This document shows positions 1-13,758 of a stretch of DNA of 64,000 nt, piece by piece; position 1 is the stretch's first letter, and each line of letters opens with the position of its first letter. A program made the position numbers and the translations under genes. Below the pieces are notes generated by a model. It was not told the origin of the DNA and ran no database searches. It saw only the letters and a program-made list of their open reading frames with translations. The stretch covers positions 88,474,001-88,538,000 of the forward strand of contig OZ024744.1 in assembly GCA_964016885.1 (NCBI GenBank), written 5' to 3'. The DNA comes from Eledone cirrhosa. Lineage: Eukaryota.

Positions 1-143
1 ATTCGTGTACAGATATTTTTGGATACACAATAACAAAATATAAACAAACGTATTTATTTCACGAGGTTCGAAAAGCATAAATATATATCAAATATATAAG
101 AACCCTAGAGCAAATCCCGAGCAACGCCGGGCCATTCTGCTAG
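1..143 (+). mobile_element. Helitron 3' terminus (element extends left of window)
   Basis: Hairpin cccgagcaacgccggg (116-131) then CTAG at 140-143; same terminus as 4793-4820 on the minus strand. Confidence 0.7.
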
Positions 144-144
144 A

Positions 145-244
<100 letters not shown>

Positions 245-268
245 CATCATATATATATATATATATAT

Positions 269-391
269 AGTGGTGGAACACTGGAAAGTAATATCCGTAG
301 TGGTAGCGCACTCAGTCCATGGGACGAGTGAGGATCCGCTAAGGTGAAACAATTGTTCTCGGTATGGTGAACTAACTGTTGCGTAACCACT
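269..391. mobile_element. Miniature PLE-derived insertion: inverted 3' tail plus truncated hammerhead arm, in (AT)n
   Basis: 269-328 is the reverse complement of 41454-41513; 325-391 matches 41378-41445; microhomology cgag at the junction. Confidence 0.75.
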
Positions 392-589
392 TATATATAC
401 ACTTTTGAAGCTATTTTACCATTTTGACGCTATAGTCACTTATATATTATGGAATACTGTTGGTTTCTTGCTACAATGATTTCTATACTTTTCATTTATA
501 TATATATAATACATATGTATACTAGATATATATGTGCACGTGTGTGTCGTATAAAGATTGTGATGAAACTGTTAAATGTATATGTGATA

Positions 590-843
590 CATACATACGC
601 AAATACATACATGTATGCATACATACGTACATACATACGTACATTCATACATACATACATACATTCATACATGCATGCATACGTACGTACATACATAGAC
701 GCATAGATACATACATACATACATACATACATACATACATACATACATACATACATACATACATACATACATACATACGTACGTACGTACGTACGTACAT
801 ACATACATACATACATACATACATACATACATACATACATACA

Positions 844-873
<30 letters not shown>
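590..873. repeat. (ATAC)n microsatellite
   Basis: Direct reading; source of the YVCM/HTYI pseudo-ORFs. Confidence 0.97.
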
Positions 874-874
<1 letters not shown>

Positions 875-1240
875 GGAGATCAGCTGCCCACTTGATGTAA
901 ATGTTGTCAGAAAAATACAAAAGGAGGACATCTACGGACCATTGATGAGGAGTTTACAAACCCAGTATCCAAGATACACCTTTAGCTTCATACCCATCAT
1001 TATTGGAGCTACAGGTTATATACCAGCCCGCTTGGACCAAAGTATGACTGAACTTGGATTTGCGGACAAAAAGCGCAGCTCCCTAATTCATAGTCTACAA
1101 ATGGCTGCGATAGCTGGCACCTTCAAAATTTACAAAACATTCTTGCGATTCCAGGGATGACAATTTCTTTTCTTTTACAACCTTGCCACCAGGAAGGTGG
1201 CCGGTCAAAAAAAATATACTCGAAATTAAGAGAAAGAGAT
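873..1240 (+). mobile_element. 3' fragment of restriction-like-endonuclease LINE (R4/Dong-like)
   Basis: EISCP...PIIIGA.G C-terminus; 3' UTR with gccacc/ggtggc hairpin; near-identical to 2501-2870; (ATAC)n on both sides. Confidence 0.85.
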
Positions 1241-1530
1241 ATATACATACATACATACATAGGTACGTACTTACATACGTACATACATTCATATATAAAT
1301 GATGGCTGCATCTCAATTTCTAGAATTGCCATCACTTGATCATTTTCTAACACATTGATGACATTATCTCTCGTGAGAACTTTTACATAAGCTGCAGCGA
1401 AAGGACAGAAAAAATACATTTTCGCCTACGGCCAGCCATGCACATGCATCACACGTAAAATCCATTTCGATCAAGTGATGCCTGTGCCTGAAGATTTTTT
1501 TTCTAAGTTAAGAAAGGCCTTGCTCTAGAC

Positions 1531-1816
1531 CAGTGATTGGCAACTTGTGGCCCGCGAAGGTTTCTGAATGGCTCGCCTAAGTCACCTAAGTGAAATCTTT
1601 CTGATTTTTTTTTACCTCAAATTTTCAGTCGTAATTTATCTTTACATCATTTTTACGATTGAGGAAAGTAACGTATACGAATTCTGAAGAAACAAATCAG
1701 AGCAACCTGAGTTACCGCAATTCTTTTTTTTTCTAATGTGGACACGAATGTAAATTAGCCTGATGATGAGAAATATCTCATGCGGCCCACTTCCCGAAAA
1801 AGTTTGCCGATGTCTG
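1531..1816. mobile_element. hAT-type MITE
   Basis: Imperfect TIRs cagtgattggcaac / gtttgccgatgtctg; perfect 8-bp TSD ctctagac (1523-1530, 1817-1824). Confidence 0.8.
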
Positions 1817-1928
1817 CTCTAGACTAATCTTAGTCTCTGAACAACTGTGACTGATATCCAAAAAGGAAAGCAGGTCAATATCATTGGCTGTCACCATACA
1901 TACATACATACATACATACATACATACA

Positions 1929-1964
<36 letters not shown>

Positions 1965-2081
1965 TACTTATGTATCACATACATACAACACGCACACATT
2001 CATACATACATATATAAATTCTTATATGCATACATACATGCACATATACATACATAAATACATACATACATATATACATAA

Positions 2082-2870
2082 ATAGCCTGGCATGGAGTTC
2101 CGACAAGTTTATGACATCACACCTTGAGGGATATCTCTATGCAATACAGGAACAAGAACTCCCTACCAAATATCTGCTGCACAAAAGAGGAGGGCCATCA
2201 GCTGACAATAAATGTAGGCTATGTAAAACAAAGATCGAGGATGTAAGCCACATTGTTGCCAGCTGCGAAAGAATAACATCTCGCTACTACCTCTCCCCCC
2301 ATGAGACACGATGGGATAGCTAGAACCATCTGGAACGCACTTCGGAAAACAAAATTAACAACAAACGAGGAAAAATATATTGAGACAGATGGCACTAAGG
2401 AATACTGGTGGAACCTGAAAATAAAAACTGCCACCAAATTAAAGCACAACTGGCCTGATATTGTTGTTTGGGACCACACGTTGAAAACGTGTTCTGTTGT
2501 GGAGATCAGCTGCCCACTTGATGTAAACGTTGTCAGAAAAATACAGGAGAAGGAGGACATCTCCGGACCATTGATGAGGAGTTTACTAATACAGTATCCA
2601 AGATACACCTTTAGCTTCATACCCATCATTATTGGAGCTATGGGTTATATACCAACCTGCGTGGACAAATGTATAACTGAACTCGGATTTGCGGACAAAG
2701 AGCGCAGCTCCCTAATTCATAGTCTACAAATGGCTGCGATAGCTGGCCCCTTCAAAATTCGCAAAACATTCTTGCGATTCAAAGGATGACAATTTCTTTA
2801 CTTTTACACCCTTGCCGCCAGGAAGGTGGCCGGTCAAAAAAATATACTCGAAATTAAGAGAAAGAGATAA
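2082..2870 (+). mobile_element. 5'-truncated, frameshifted REL-endonuclease LINE (R4/Dong-like)
   Basis: AIQEQE, CCHC knuckle CRLC..H...C, RHD, PDI...E motifs over ORFs 2111-2323 and 2301-2789; ends in (ATAC)n. Confidence 0.88.
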
Positions 2871-3106
2871 CAATACATACATACATACATACATACATAC
2901 ATACATACATACATACATACATACATACATACATACATAAATACATACATACATATATACATACATACATACATATATATACATACATACGTATATATAT
3001 ACTTATGTATCCCATACATGCAAACACGCACCCATTCATACATACATATATATATTCTTATATGCATACATACATGCATACATACATACATACATACATA
3101 CATACA

Positions 3107-3158
<52 letters not shown>

Positions 3159-4004
3159 CATACATACATATATATATACTTATGTATCACATACATGCAA
3201 ACACGCACACATTCATACATACATATATATATTCTTATATGAATACACACACGCATACATACAGACATACATAAATACATACATACACACATACATAAAT
3301 ACATACATACATATATATATATACATACATATATACTTATGTATCACATACGTGCAAACACGCACACATTCATACATACATATATTCTTATATGCGTACA
3401 TATATACATGCATATATATATATATATATACATACATATATTCTTATATGCATACATACATACATGCAAGCATACATACAAACATATGTACATACATACA
3501 AACACACACATAGTCATATATTCATACATACATACCCATTGATATAGCGAGTCTCTGAGTCCATTAGTATCCTTCATTACGGCCTTTTCATCTCTTATAC
3601 AATACTTATCAGCGTTTTACTGCTGTTTTACTCTTACTTATTCCACGTATTGGAAAACGGCCATTTTGCTGCACCACCTACTTCAGAAAAAAATGTAAAA
3701 ATACCTCACATTCTCAGTTATTTATTCATATTTATTATGTTTAACGGTCACCCGATGTATTTTCCTTCAGCCATATTGTTGATATTCTTAATCATCGTGA
3801 CTACATTGCACCTATTTCTATACATATTGATTACTCTATGACATGCGAACTAAATCATATACGCTTCGTTATGGCCGTTTACCAAGGCGAAACTTTGTCC
3901 GTTGCTTTCACCAGCTAACTTTAAAGACCAGATACATTACACAAACTGCATTGTCTATGTTGTTTAAAAATTTCGACCATCTAATCTTATAGTTTGTGGG
4001 GGCG

Positions 4005-4330
4005 CCGACGGCGATATTGATAGTGTTGGGGCTTGGCAGGTGGTAGTTAAACCAATGTCAGCAGATGTAAACGTATCATTTAAGGTTGAGGAAAATGTGA
4101 ACATCTATTGTGAACCAATACGCAATTTACACCTCTTGTATTCACGTAATAGATGTCGAATATTATCTATTGTCATAGGCGCACTGGGCTGTGTAACAAC
4201 ATATTTCTATGAAAGGCTGAATGTGGAACCCTGTCGAGGAGTTTCCAATAAAGAACAAATTAAACTGACTCACATCCCCAATATGCAATCGCTTTGAAAA
4301 GTATTGCAAAGATTCTCCATTTCAGTTTCC
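4005..4330 (+). pseudogene. Decayed REL-endonuclease LINE C-terminus
   Basis: ADVNVSFKVEE..NIY.E.IRNL.LLY...IVIGALG parallels 53953-54216. Confidence 0.6.
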
Positions 4331-4447
4331 TGGAATGAACATATCCACACAACTACATTTGTACATATTGCATACACATACATTTATATAAAGAGTAAAT
4401 AAACACACACATGCAAATACATATACAAACACACGTACATGTACTAA

Positions 4448-4506
<59 letters not shown>

Positions 4507-4509
<3 letters not shown>

Positions 4510-4775
4510 TGCCAATACTGGAATTGAACCATCAAGACAGTTGAGGTATGTCATACATCAATTCATGCATTTTATCTGACGAGGACGTACTGAAAAAACA
4601 GCAGAGTACCTTCGAAATATATATAACAAAATATATATTTTGATTATGTGAATGTCTTCATTTATTAATATTTGAATAATATTAATAACTCCAGAAACTT
4701 TTACTGTAGAGTGCTTTTAATGTATTGTAAAACTATATTCAATGAGTAATCAATGAACCATATTAATCTTTGGTT
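4507..4775 (+). mobile_element. PLE 3' end with tail (same family as 31470-34932)
   Basis: Matches 34760-34930 then continues into about 95 nt of tail; (AT)n flanks. Confidence 0.75.
4569..4632 (+). ncRNA. Type I hammerhead ribozyme motif
   Basis: ttttat-CTGACGA-stem II (gtact/agtac)-GAAA-tatatata-acaaaa. Confidence 0.7.
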
Positions 4776-4792
4776 ATATATATATATATATA

Positions 4793-7018
4793 CTAGCAGA
4801 TTTACCCGGCGTTGCCCGGGGTTTGAAATTCTGCTAAGAATTTACAGCTAGGAAGTAAAAGAAGAAAATTATTTGTCCCTAACCTGTCAAAATAAGCAGA
4901 AGTCTTCAATAAATAATACAAACGAATATTTAGTGCAACCTTTGTACACATAAAACTATGCTGATAATGAAGGAAAACACTGAACAGGATGTAGTTATAC
5001 AAATGATTAAAGACAATACACGTTGCAAATCTGTAAAAAAAACAGGCAGTTTTGCTAAAGTGCAAAAAGTTGTAATGAAAGCGGAGTTGTATACAAACAA
5101 AAAAACAATGAGAGTAGAATAAGAGAAAATCTATTCTTTCAGAGCATCCTTTGCTGTGTATGGTTAAATTTTGAACTTATAATCCAAAATATCCCGCATG
5201 ACATATTCATTGGTATGTTTTGTAATGAGTAAGGTGAAGTCAAGGCAGAGCTGTAATAAGTGTTTTTGTTAACACTAAAGCACTTCAGGATAGACGATAT
5301 TCTTTGTTTTTCTTTTCGGAACAAACGCAAAGAGATTATCTCTACTGCCAACTCGTGAGCAAGCAATGTAGAATTGTTCGTGCGAAAAGCAAGGTTATTC
5401 CAAGTGAATTCCAGCGACAGACAGAGTTTGACCTTGCGGCTTGTTTATGGACATCGCAAAGGCAACACGAAGAGGAAATTGGGTTCAGCGAAAGGAGAAG
5501 GGAGTATCCACGCCTGATGTAGTCAGGCTAATTTTTGTTATTATCACATCCTCGCCTTTTCCACATCCGGATAGGGCAAATTAACCTTACCATTGGAGCA
5601 GCACATTCCAGCCGATTCTGCCGCCCACTTTTTAGCTTTACAATGTTGGCAAGTATTTGACATGGCATATATTTGAATATCAGGATGGATTTGATAGTTT
5701 ACATTAGGGTCATAATTAACTGCCTTAAGGTACCATCGTGAGCGTGATGCCTTTGAAATACCCCGCGATAAATCTCTACGTTGAGCGTTACCCTCCAGCC
5801 GAATAGCTCGACTTGTTACAGTCTCTACAGCTCGTGCTGTAGCAGTAGCTGAAGCATTACGCGCACGGCGTGTTTCATATTTTTGTACTGTCTCTGCAGA
5901 TCTTGCTACAGCAGTATCTGTAGCATCCATAGCAAGGCGTGTTTCACACTGATCTGTAGTCTCTGCAGCAGTTGCTTTAGCATTATTGGTTCGCCGCACT
6001 AACCGACGCTCAGCGGCGGATAAAGATGTTGCAATAACTGTACTCACCGCATTTTGTGATTGTCTATTTTCGGTTATTGGCGGAGCGTCATTTACCCGCA
6101 TTGTTTTCTTCGACCGAGAGGTCAAAGTCCGAGAGCCAATATGTGCATACTTTCTTTGGTGAAAAATTGTAAAGTCAAAATGTATGAATTGAAGCGTTAC
6201 AGTAAAATTAAAAATTTACTGGCAAAACTTAAACAATCCTTTGAATAACTACATCCTGTTCAGTATGTTCCTTCATTGTCAAAAAAGTTTGATGTGTACG
6301 AATATAGATGGAAGCATATATAATGCCTGCCTCAAATGTGGACGAAATTACTTTAAAAATGTAAAAGTTGTAGGTCCCAATGTTTTGAATGGAAAGTCCT
6401 AAAAGGATTGTTCTAAAAATAAACAAACCATCATTAAAATCTCGTCAATTCGAGACTGCTGCGAGATTAGGCCCTTACCGCAAAAATTAACACTTAATAT
6501 AGTGAAACAAGTTAAAACAACAAGTGTTTTTTTTTTAACTTTGAAAGTGCAGCAAATTCTTTTTTCGTATCAACATGGCTTATGAAAGTAGCGATACCGA
6601 ATTTTAAGGTTTTACACACGACGACATTCAGAATAAACAAGAAACAAACGATAATATTAGTGATTTATCTTCAAATGAATCTGTTGTTTATATTTCTGAA
6701 ATTTCGCACGGCGATGATTGTTGTTTTGAAAGTGAAAACGAAGGTCTCCATATCTCCCCTCTCTCACTCTCTTTATAAGGATTGTCAATAAAGTTGGTTA
6801 TCTCCCTTACATCAATTTTGCTACCGATAATTTTGCTATCGATTTTTTATTGCTCAACGGGGGTCGATTTGAAAAATGTTTGTGATGTGACCATCTTAGC
6901 GACCTGTTCAACGTGCACGGAAAATTTGGTCAAATTCGGTTGGTAATTGTAAAAGCCTTAGGTATCCAAAGTTGTACATAGACACACTCACATCCTCGCT
7001 TTTATATATGTAGATAGA
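4793..7018 (-). mobile_element. Non-autonomous (internally deleted) Helitron
   Basis: Minus strand starts A|TCTATCTACATATATAAAA (7018), ends cccgggcaacgccggg hairpin + CTAG|T (4793); carries a Rep/Hel N-terminal fragment. Confidence 0.85.
5544..6125 (-). pseudogene. Helitron Rep/helicase N-terminal fragment
   Basis: ET..Q.E.RL-type repeats then CQHCKAKKW..E..GMCCSNGKV.LP zinc motif; truncated directly afterwards. Confidence 0.8.
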
Positions 7019-7195
7019 TATATACAGCTATAACATGAGTGCAAGTATATCCATATATATACTAAGCTATATGCACACATTAATGCAATCGTATGTGAAA
7101 ATCCTCGGAATTGTCTTGTGTTGGTAATGACCTGATTCAATTCTGTGAAGAACTTAAATAGAAATCATACCTTTTTCAGCTTATGTATTAACTAG

Positions 7196-7340
7196 AGGCT
7201 GTGAGTTGGCAAAGTCATTAACATGTCGGATAGAATGCTTTGCAGTATCAGTTTCGGTTCTCTGCTCTCTGAGTTCAAATTCTGTCGAAGTCAACTTCAC
7301 CTTTCAATCCTTTCACGGGCGATACATAAAGTGCCAGTTC
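7196..7340 (+). mobile_element. Old tRNA-derived SINE (Nin/Deu-type central domain)
   Basis: B-box gagttcaaat followed by degenerate ctttcatcc..gataaa..taccag. Confidence 0.65.
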
Positions 7341-7359
7341 AATAATACTGAGATCTATT

Positions 7360-7367
7360 CTTTCTCT

Positions 7368-7413
<46 letters not shown>

Positions 7414-7683
7414 CTCCCTCTCTCATCTTCGCTCTCTCTTCTTCTCCACTCTTTCTCCCTCTCTCTCTCTCACTCTCTCTCTCTCTCTCAGTCCCTCTCT
7501 CCTTCTCCACCTTTTCTCTCTCTCATCTTCGCTCTCCCCCTCTTTCACCCTCTCTCTCTCCCTCTCTTTCTCCCTCTCTCCCCTTCTCCACCCTTTCTCA
7601 CTCTCATATTCGCTCTCCCCTCCCTCTCCCTTTCTCTCTCCCTTACTCCTCCTCACCCTTTATCTCTCTCATTATTTCTCTCT
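7360..7683. repeat. CT-rich polypyrimidine tract
   Basis: Direct reading. Confidence 0.9.
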
Positions 7684-7800
7684 CAGTTTAAATATCGCCG
7701 AGGTTAACTTTGCCTTTCATCCTTACGGGGTCGATAAAATAAAGTACCATTAATGTCCTGGGTAATTGCTGGCCTTGTGCCAAAAGTAGAAACAATTATT
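7684..7800 (+). mobile_element. 5'-truncated SINE (major family)
   Basis: Matches the 3' half of 43505-43692. Confidence 0.85.
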
Positions 7801-8512
7801 TCTCTCTCTCAGAAGAAGAAGAAGAAGAAATAGGTTGGGTTCCGACTCGGAGAAGGATAGACATCTTCATGTTTAAATGCCCAAGACGGTGCCTCTACGA
7901 GTCCATCAAGAGTTAAGGGCACATGACATAATGTATTAACTTTTTATCTATCATAATTCCTATTATATTTCAAAAGTGTAGTCTCTCATAAATACGATGA
8001 AATTTATTGAGCAATTTATTTATATTTGCGACCCCCCCCCCCAAAAAAAAAGAAATGATGGTAGGCCAACTTATTCCGCATTCAGTCGTGTTTCTATTTT
8101 TAAGGTGATTCATTATTTTGTTTTCTTTATATCATATCCGCCATGTTGAATATAATTGATAATGATAAAATGATGTATATTTTTCGTTTCTTGCTTATTT
8201 TGTAAGTGATAAATGAAAATCATTAATGAAATATCACTTCCTGTTGAAGATTACTACTGCAAAATTCCTCGAAGGTCGGTGATTTTATGCTTTTAAATGC
8301 ATAAATATTTAGCTACATTTCAGCCCTTATCAAGAAAATTTATGGTCGAAGGTGCTCTAATTGTGCTTCCAACCAGTCTTATTTTCTGGTTATGCTATTC
8401 CATGTGTCATTCGGTATATTTTTATGACTGTGTGTGATTTCTATATGAAGTATATTTATTTAACTGCTTTATCTAGTGCGAGGAAAATCATGCCACTTTT
8501 ACCTCCTTACAG

Positions 8513-8737
8513 ACAACTGACGCTGCACACCAGGTCCGAACACAGAAGATCCGAACTCTCACTGTCATCGCCACCATCTCTCTCGCCTTGCTCATCTCTC
8601 TGTATTATGAGCAAATGGGGTCCCACGTGCTGGCCGCCCCACGGCCCCGACGGGGAGAATGGAGAATGCGTTTCCCCGGAGGATAGTAAGGGAGATGCGC
8701 TGGAAGAGCCATTCCATCCAGCTCAACACCTATGGTG
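8513..8737 (+). CDS. Candidate internal host exon (225 nt), product unknown
   Basis: GC-rich unique island; pyrimidine tract + acceptor ttacAG (8511-12); donor GTAAGT (8738); one frame open; length divisible by 3. Confidence 0.45.
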
Positions 8738-8883
8738 GTAAGTAGGGAGGCAGCTCTAGGGCGAAGGACACCAGAAGTCTTCACTGCTAGGCGCTCGAAT
8801 GCAAACCTGTCGGAAAGCGACCGAGCAGATAGAGCTACATATAAAATGTATTCATTTTACTTCTTGCTAGTTCATATTGTGAG

Positions 8884-9120
8884 GACGCGTGACGTGGATA
8901 TTAGGGTGTTGAGTTAACAATTGTAAGGTCGTAGCTTCGATTCCTTCACCTTCTGGAGCGCAGTGGATTTGCGTAAGGCACTTTCACATTGCTCAGGTCT
9001 ACTCAGCTTAAAATGAGTACCAGCTATAATTGGGAGTTAACCTTGCTATGGATTAGGCGCCCCTTCTCTTGAGAATTGCTCTTAGTCGCCAGCTTGATGA
9101 ATCTCTATGACCAATGAAGT
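8884..9120 (+). mobile_element. Decayed tRNA-derived SINE, second family
   Basis: tRNA-like head (cttcgattcc), ctactcagct..aaaatgagtacc core; related to 48500-48740 on the minus strand. Confidence 0.6.
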
Positions 9121-9147
9121 CTTTAATTTTGTTCATATTATCATAAT

Positions 9148-9334
9148 TGTTTCTACTTTAGGCACAAGGCCAGCAATAACCCAGTGCATTACTGGTACTT
9201 TATTTTATCGACCCCGTAAGGATGAAAGGCAAAGTCAACCTCAGCGGGATTTGAACTCAGATCGTAAAGGGACGTAACTATGCTGGAAAGCATGGCGTCC
9301 GGCCCTCTACCGATACTGCCAATCCACCGCCCCT
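9148..9334 (-). mobile_element. Full-length SINE with TSD
   Basis: Reverse complement of the major family; TSD ttcatattatcataat on both sides. Confidence 0.9.
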
Positions 9335-10409
9335 TTCATATTATCATAATAATCATTACTTTGATATATTAGTGCTATTTTGTTGTTGTTTATGAAGTTG
9401 TTGTAGATAATGTGGTTGTTGTTGATACTGTTGCTGATGCTGGTACTATTGTTGCTGATATTATTATTGATGTTGTTTATGTTATTGTTGTTGATAATGA
9501 TGCTGATGTTGTTGCTGCTGTTGTTGCAACGATACATTAGGTAATGTAGTATTACATAAGTTTGCTAGAAATAGCGGCCAAATCTACATAAATTCTCCTA
9601 TCACACAGACATACACACAGACATACACACATACATACACACACACACACATATATATACACACACACACACGCAAACACGTCCCACATGCACACATAAA
9701 AGCTCCTCTTTTTGTTTTCTCCCAATCTTCCAACCTCTTTTTTCCAAGCACCTTTCTAACAAAACTTTGCTCTTTCTCGATTAAGGACTAGCGTTCGATA
9801 CGTTGAAACATATTTATCTTCATTCCCAAACTTCAAACTAAAAGACATTTACTGTTGTTTATATCCCTATGGCATCGTTCATATGACAATTGATTGTAAA
9901 TTGTGGGAACAAACATATTTTGCTTCAGGTGTCAAGTTGACACTCGGCATGATTTGGGAAAGAAGTCAAAGGACGTTTCAAATAAAATTATTATTAATAA
10001 TAATTGCGTGGGTCAGATGTAGATATTCGTAATTCCTTTTATATAATCTCCAGTAATATATATTTCTCAGGCGTTAATAAATTACGTAATACTACCATCA
10101 CACAACCACCAACGTGACTACTCCAGACAACATCTTAAGTTATAAGTTTATGTTATATTTTAACGCAATAGAGGTTAACCATAAGGGGACGGACACTCAT
10201 AGAACCAATATCGAATTCGTCTAATCTCCTTATTACTCGCCCGCATTATTGCATTAGAATTGTTACATAACAAGCTTATTACTTAAGATCCTGCTGATGA
10301 AGTCGTGTTGGTGGTTGCGTGATAGAAACATTATGTAATTTATTACCGCCACAGAAATATATTTGGAAGCAGATTAAGAATAAAATGAATTATGAATATT
10401 TACATCTGC

Positions 10410-10559
10410 GGACGCATAGAGTTACTGCCCTTGCCATTCTGAGTTCAAATCCCGCCGAGGTCAACTTTGCCTTTCATCCTTACAGGGTCGATAAAATAAA
10501 GTACCAGTATAATGTACTGGGTAATTGCTGGCCTTGTGCCAAAAGTAGAAACAATTATT
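10410..10559 (+). mobile_element. 5'-truncated SINE (major family)
   Basis: Sequence match to other copies. Confidence 0.88.
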
Positions 10560-10840
10560 GTGCTTATACTCCGTCATGAACTATCAAATCGGGTTTAGAA
10601 GGATACACATGACGTTCAATGCTTGAACCTAATTGCATCATCGTTTACTGATTGGAGTGTTGTGTACGCAACTTATATATGTGTGAGTGTTTGCGCACGC
10701 TTGTTGTGTGTGTGAGAGAGAGAGAGAGTTGAAGAATGGTCCTAACATAAACCAGGCGGAAACTAGTGTGTATATATATAAATATATATATATGTAATGT
10801 ATCTATATCAATATCTATATTATAAATATATATACATATA

Positions 10841-11030
10841 AAACGAAGGAAGTGTGGTAAGGAACCAGGTGTACCATAACGCACCAGAGTACTCAATACT
10901 TAGGGTAGTAAAGTGGGTAATAGAAAAATGTTCAAGACCCCGACGGCAGAGCTCAAGCCGTTTCGACGGCTATTTTGAAATAGCCGTCGAAAAGGCTTGA
11001 GCTCTGCCTTCGGGGTCTTGAACATTTTCA
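10841..11030. mobile_element. Miniature asymmetric foldback element in (AT)n
   Basis: Arms about 10925-10973 / 10980-11028 plus left-only tail; same family at 16219-16348 and 42352-42540. Confidence 0.75.
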
Positions 11031-11082
11031 GATATATATACAATATATTAATAAATGGAAACTATATTTATAAAACCATATT

Positions 11083-11148
11083 TATTTTATTATACATATT
11101 TCAAGGGCAACCAAGGTAAATTATGGTGCGCTTTCATCAGATAAAATA
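11083..11148 (-). ncRNA. Type I hammerhead ribozyme motif
   Basis: tattttat-CTGATGA-stem II-GAAA-tatgtata-ataaaata. Confidence 0.75.
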
Positions 11149-12335
11149 CAGATTTGTTTTATAAATAAATATTGACATACCCGGAAAAAAGACAACCTTA
11201 ACGGTTGGAGCTTCCTGGATAGTGGAGATAGTACATTTATTGAGGGTAATACAAAGTAATGAGTGAGTATGCAAATGAGTGTCCGAAAGGTTGAAAAGAT
11301 AACGGTTTATTTAAATTAAACTGTTGGAAGAAGATGATATGTAAGGGAGAGAGAAAAAAAGAAAAAAGAAAGGAGAAAGATAGAAGAGGAAAGAAAGAAC
11401 GATTATACATATTGATAATAAAGATAGAGTGAATGAAGAAATAAGTTTCAAAGGAGAAATATACACAGCGTAAGTATATCTAAGTGAAAGAAGAAATAAG
11501 ATTAACGTGGAAGAATAATATGTATAATGCAGGGTTCATTATGTTTTGATTACAATACTTATAATGATAGGTTGAAAAATTAGATTAAAATTAGAAATCA
11601 AAATTAAAGATTAAAATTTGCCTCAATATAAGAGATTTAATTTAATAATTTAATATTAATAATTATAGTATATTAAGATGTATTAGTAATAATATATTGA
11701 TTTAAATGTGTATGTTAAGGATTATAAATTATTTAAATAAATATATAGTATTTTACATTAGAGAAAATCTAGTATAGTTTATTTTATTAAAAGTTGTAAA
11801 CATCCAAATAATTCTAAATTTATGAAAAATTTATGAGAGTTTACAAAGGAATAACCACTTAATTATATTATAAAAACAGTAAGAAAGTGTAAAGGAAGTT
11901 AGAAGTGATTTTTTAAGATCTCAGGTGACTCCAAGGATTAAATGTTATAAAGTTAAAAATTTTATCTTAAGAATATAATTAAAACATGACCCATATGTTA
12001 TTTTATACGAAGTCATAAATTTACTTACTATAAAGTTACTTGCTATAAAAAATAAAAAATAAATTATCTTAAGAATAAAGTTAAAGCATAAACCATAGGT
12101 TATTCCACATATATATAAAAAACCTATATATAAAAATCATGTTTTTCCACATATATATAAACATTTGGATATATATATATTAAAAAGGTTTGAAGATATA
12201 AAAATATTGGTTTTTCGATATCTTTCAAAGGAACTTTCAAAACCTTCCGTAAGTTTTTCAAGAAAAATTTTTCTTAAAGGAGTTTCAAGCAGTCATATAA
12301 AAAAAACTGTATAATCTATCGATAGGTGTAATAAT

Positions 12336-12526
12336 TGTTTCTACTTTTTAGCACAAGGCCAGCAATTACCCAGTACATTACTGGTACTTTATTTTATCGA
12401 CCCCATAAGGATGAAAGGCAAAGTTATCCTCGGCGGAATTTGAACTCAGAATGATAAGGGCCGCAACTCTATGCGTCAAAGCATGGCGTCTGACCTTCTA
12501 CCGATACTGCCAATCCACCGCCCTTA
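12336..12526 (-). mobile_element. Full-length SINE nested in PLE UTR
   Basis: TSD ataggtgtaataat on both sides. Confidence 0.9.
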
Positions 12527-12910
12527 TAGGTGTAATAATATAGTAATAATATAAAGTATATATTATATATATGAGGTAGAGATAATAGAAAGTAAATTAA
12601 ATATATATGAATCATATATAGATATAGAAAACATTATGTAAAGGAGATAAATCATATATTACATTTTATATATATATTTAAAAGTTGAGTTTAAACGATG
12701 TTTACAGGAACTAAATAAATTATTTCACAAATTAATAGAGTTCTTACTTTTTAGTATAAAGAATATATCTTCAACGCAAAGTAAGCAATTTTTGGATGAA
12801 GCAGTGAATGAAGGAGCTTTGGAGATAATTTTCAAAAGTAAAGAATGTTTAAGCTTGTTGAATCCCAACAAATTAAATATAACCTCTACATATATATATA
12901 TATATATATA

Positions 12911-13703
12911 TTGTTATACTTTGGGAGGGTCATGTTACCATTAAGAAACACACGCATCAATTGCTTTCACTCCAATTTACTATAAATTAAATTATAAATA
13001 AAAATTTTTATAAATTTCCGGTTGGTTGGCTGGGTCCACAACCGGGCGGTTGTTTATATATTGTCAAAGTTCTTTTGTCACACATTCTGTGACCTCTTCA
13101 GTGACTAGGGATTCTTTTCTTTGTTTTGTGCCTCTCCTTTGTTCTGTCCTACGCCATCTTGTTTTTGTGTGTGTTGTGTGCTTAGTTTGCGCATGTGTTA
13201 CACCCGGGTGTCTGTGTGTGTTTTTATTTGTTTATTTATGTGTTTATTTACATGTTACTAGTTGGATGTTTGTTCTATGTGTGTGTGTTTTCATTTTGTC
13301 CTTAATTGTAAGTTGTGATGTTGCTATTCCATTCATGTTTTCTATTTAATTTTGGTTGGAGTTCATTTATGTTTATAGCCTCTGTGAGTTGTCTAAACAT
13401 TGCGTCTTTTCTGTGTGTAGATTTTATTTTTATTTCTATGTTCTCTAATTATCCCTGAAGAGCTCACAGAATGTGTCACGAAAGAACTTTGACAATATAT
13501 GAACAACCGTCCAGTTGTGGAAACAACAAACCAACCGGAAATTTACAAATTTAATGAATTTATAAATTTAATTTATCATAAATTGGAGTGAATGCAATGG
13601 TGCGTGTGTTTCTTATTGGCAACTTGACCCTCCTAAAGTATAACAATATCGGTGTCAACACACGTTTTCAGATAAAGAATCTTGCTAAACAAATTCAGTA
13701 ACG
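12911..13703. mobile_element. Non-coding PLE derivative with two opposed 3' ends, each with a degenerate hammerhead (13062-13105 minus, 13450-13495 plus)
   Basis: Arms about 12911-13105 / 13450-13648; right-only tail 13649-13703 resembles 16098-16152. Confidence 0.75.

Positions 13704-13753
<50 letters not shown>

Positions 13754-13758
<5 letters not shown>

Larger units (their letters stand above)
11041..12889 (-). mobile_element. 5'-truncated Naiad-type PLE (GIY-YIG C-terminus, 3' UTR, hammerhead) with short inverted tail at about 12855-12889
   Basis: Minus translation of about 12680-12850: IISKAPSFTASSKNCLLCVE...LFSSCKHR; terminus matches 41526-41690; tail matches 41915-41943. Confidence 0.7.

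Noticed and set aside
449-3577. YVCM/HTYI and YI repeat ORFs here and throughout the window
   Set aside because: Translations of (ATAC)n, (AT)n and (GT)n
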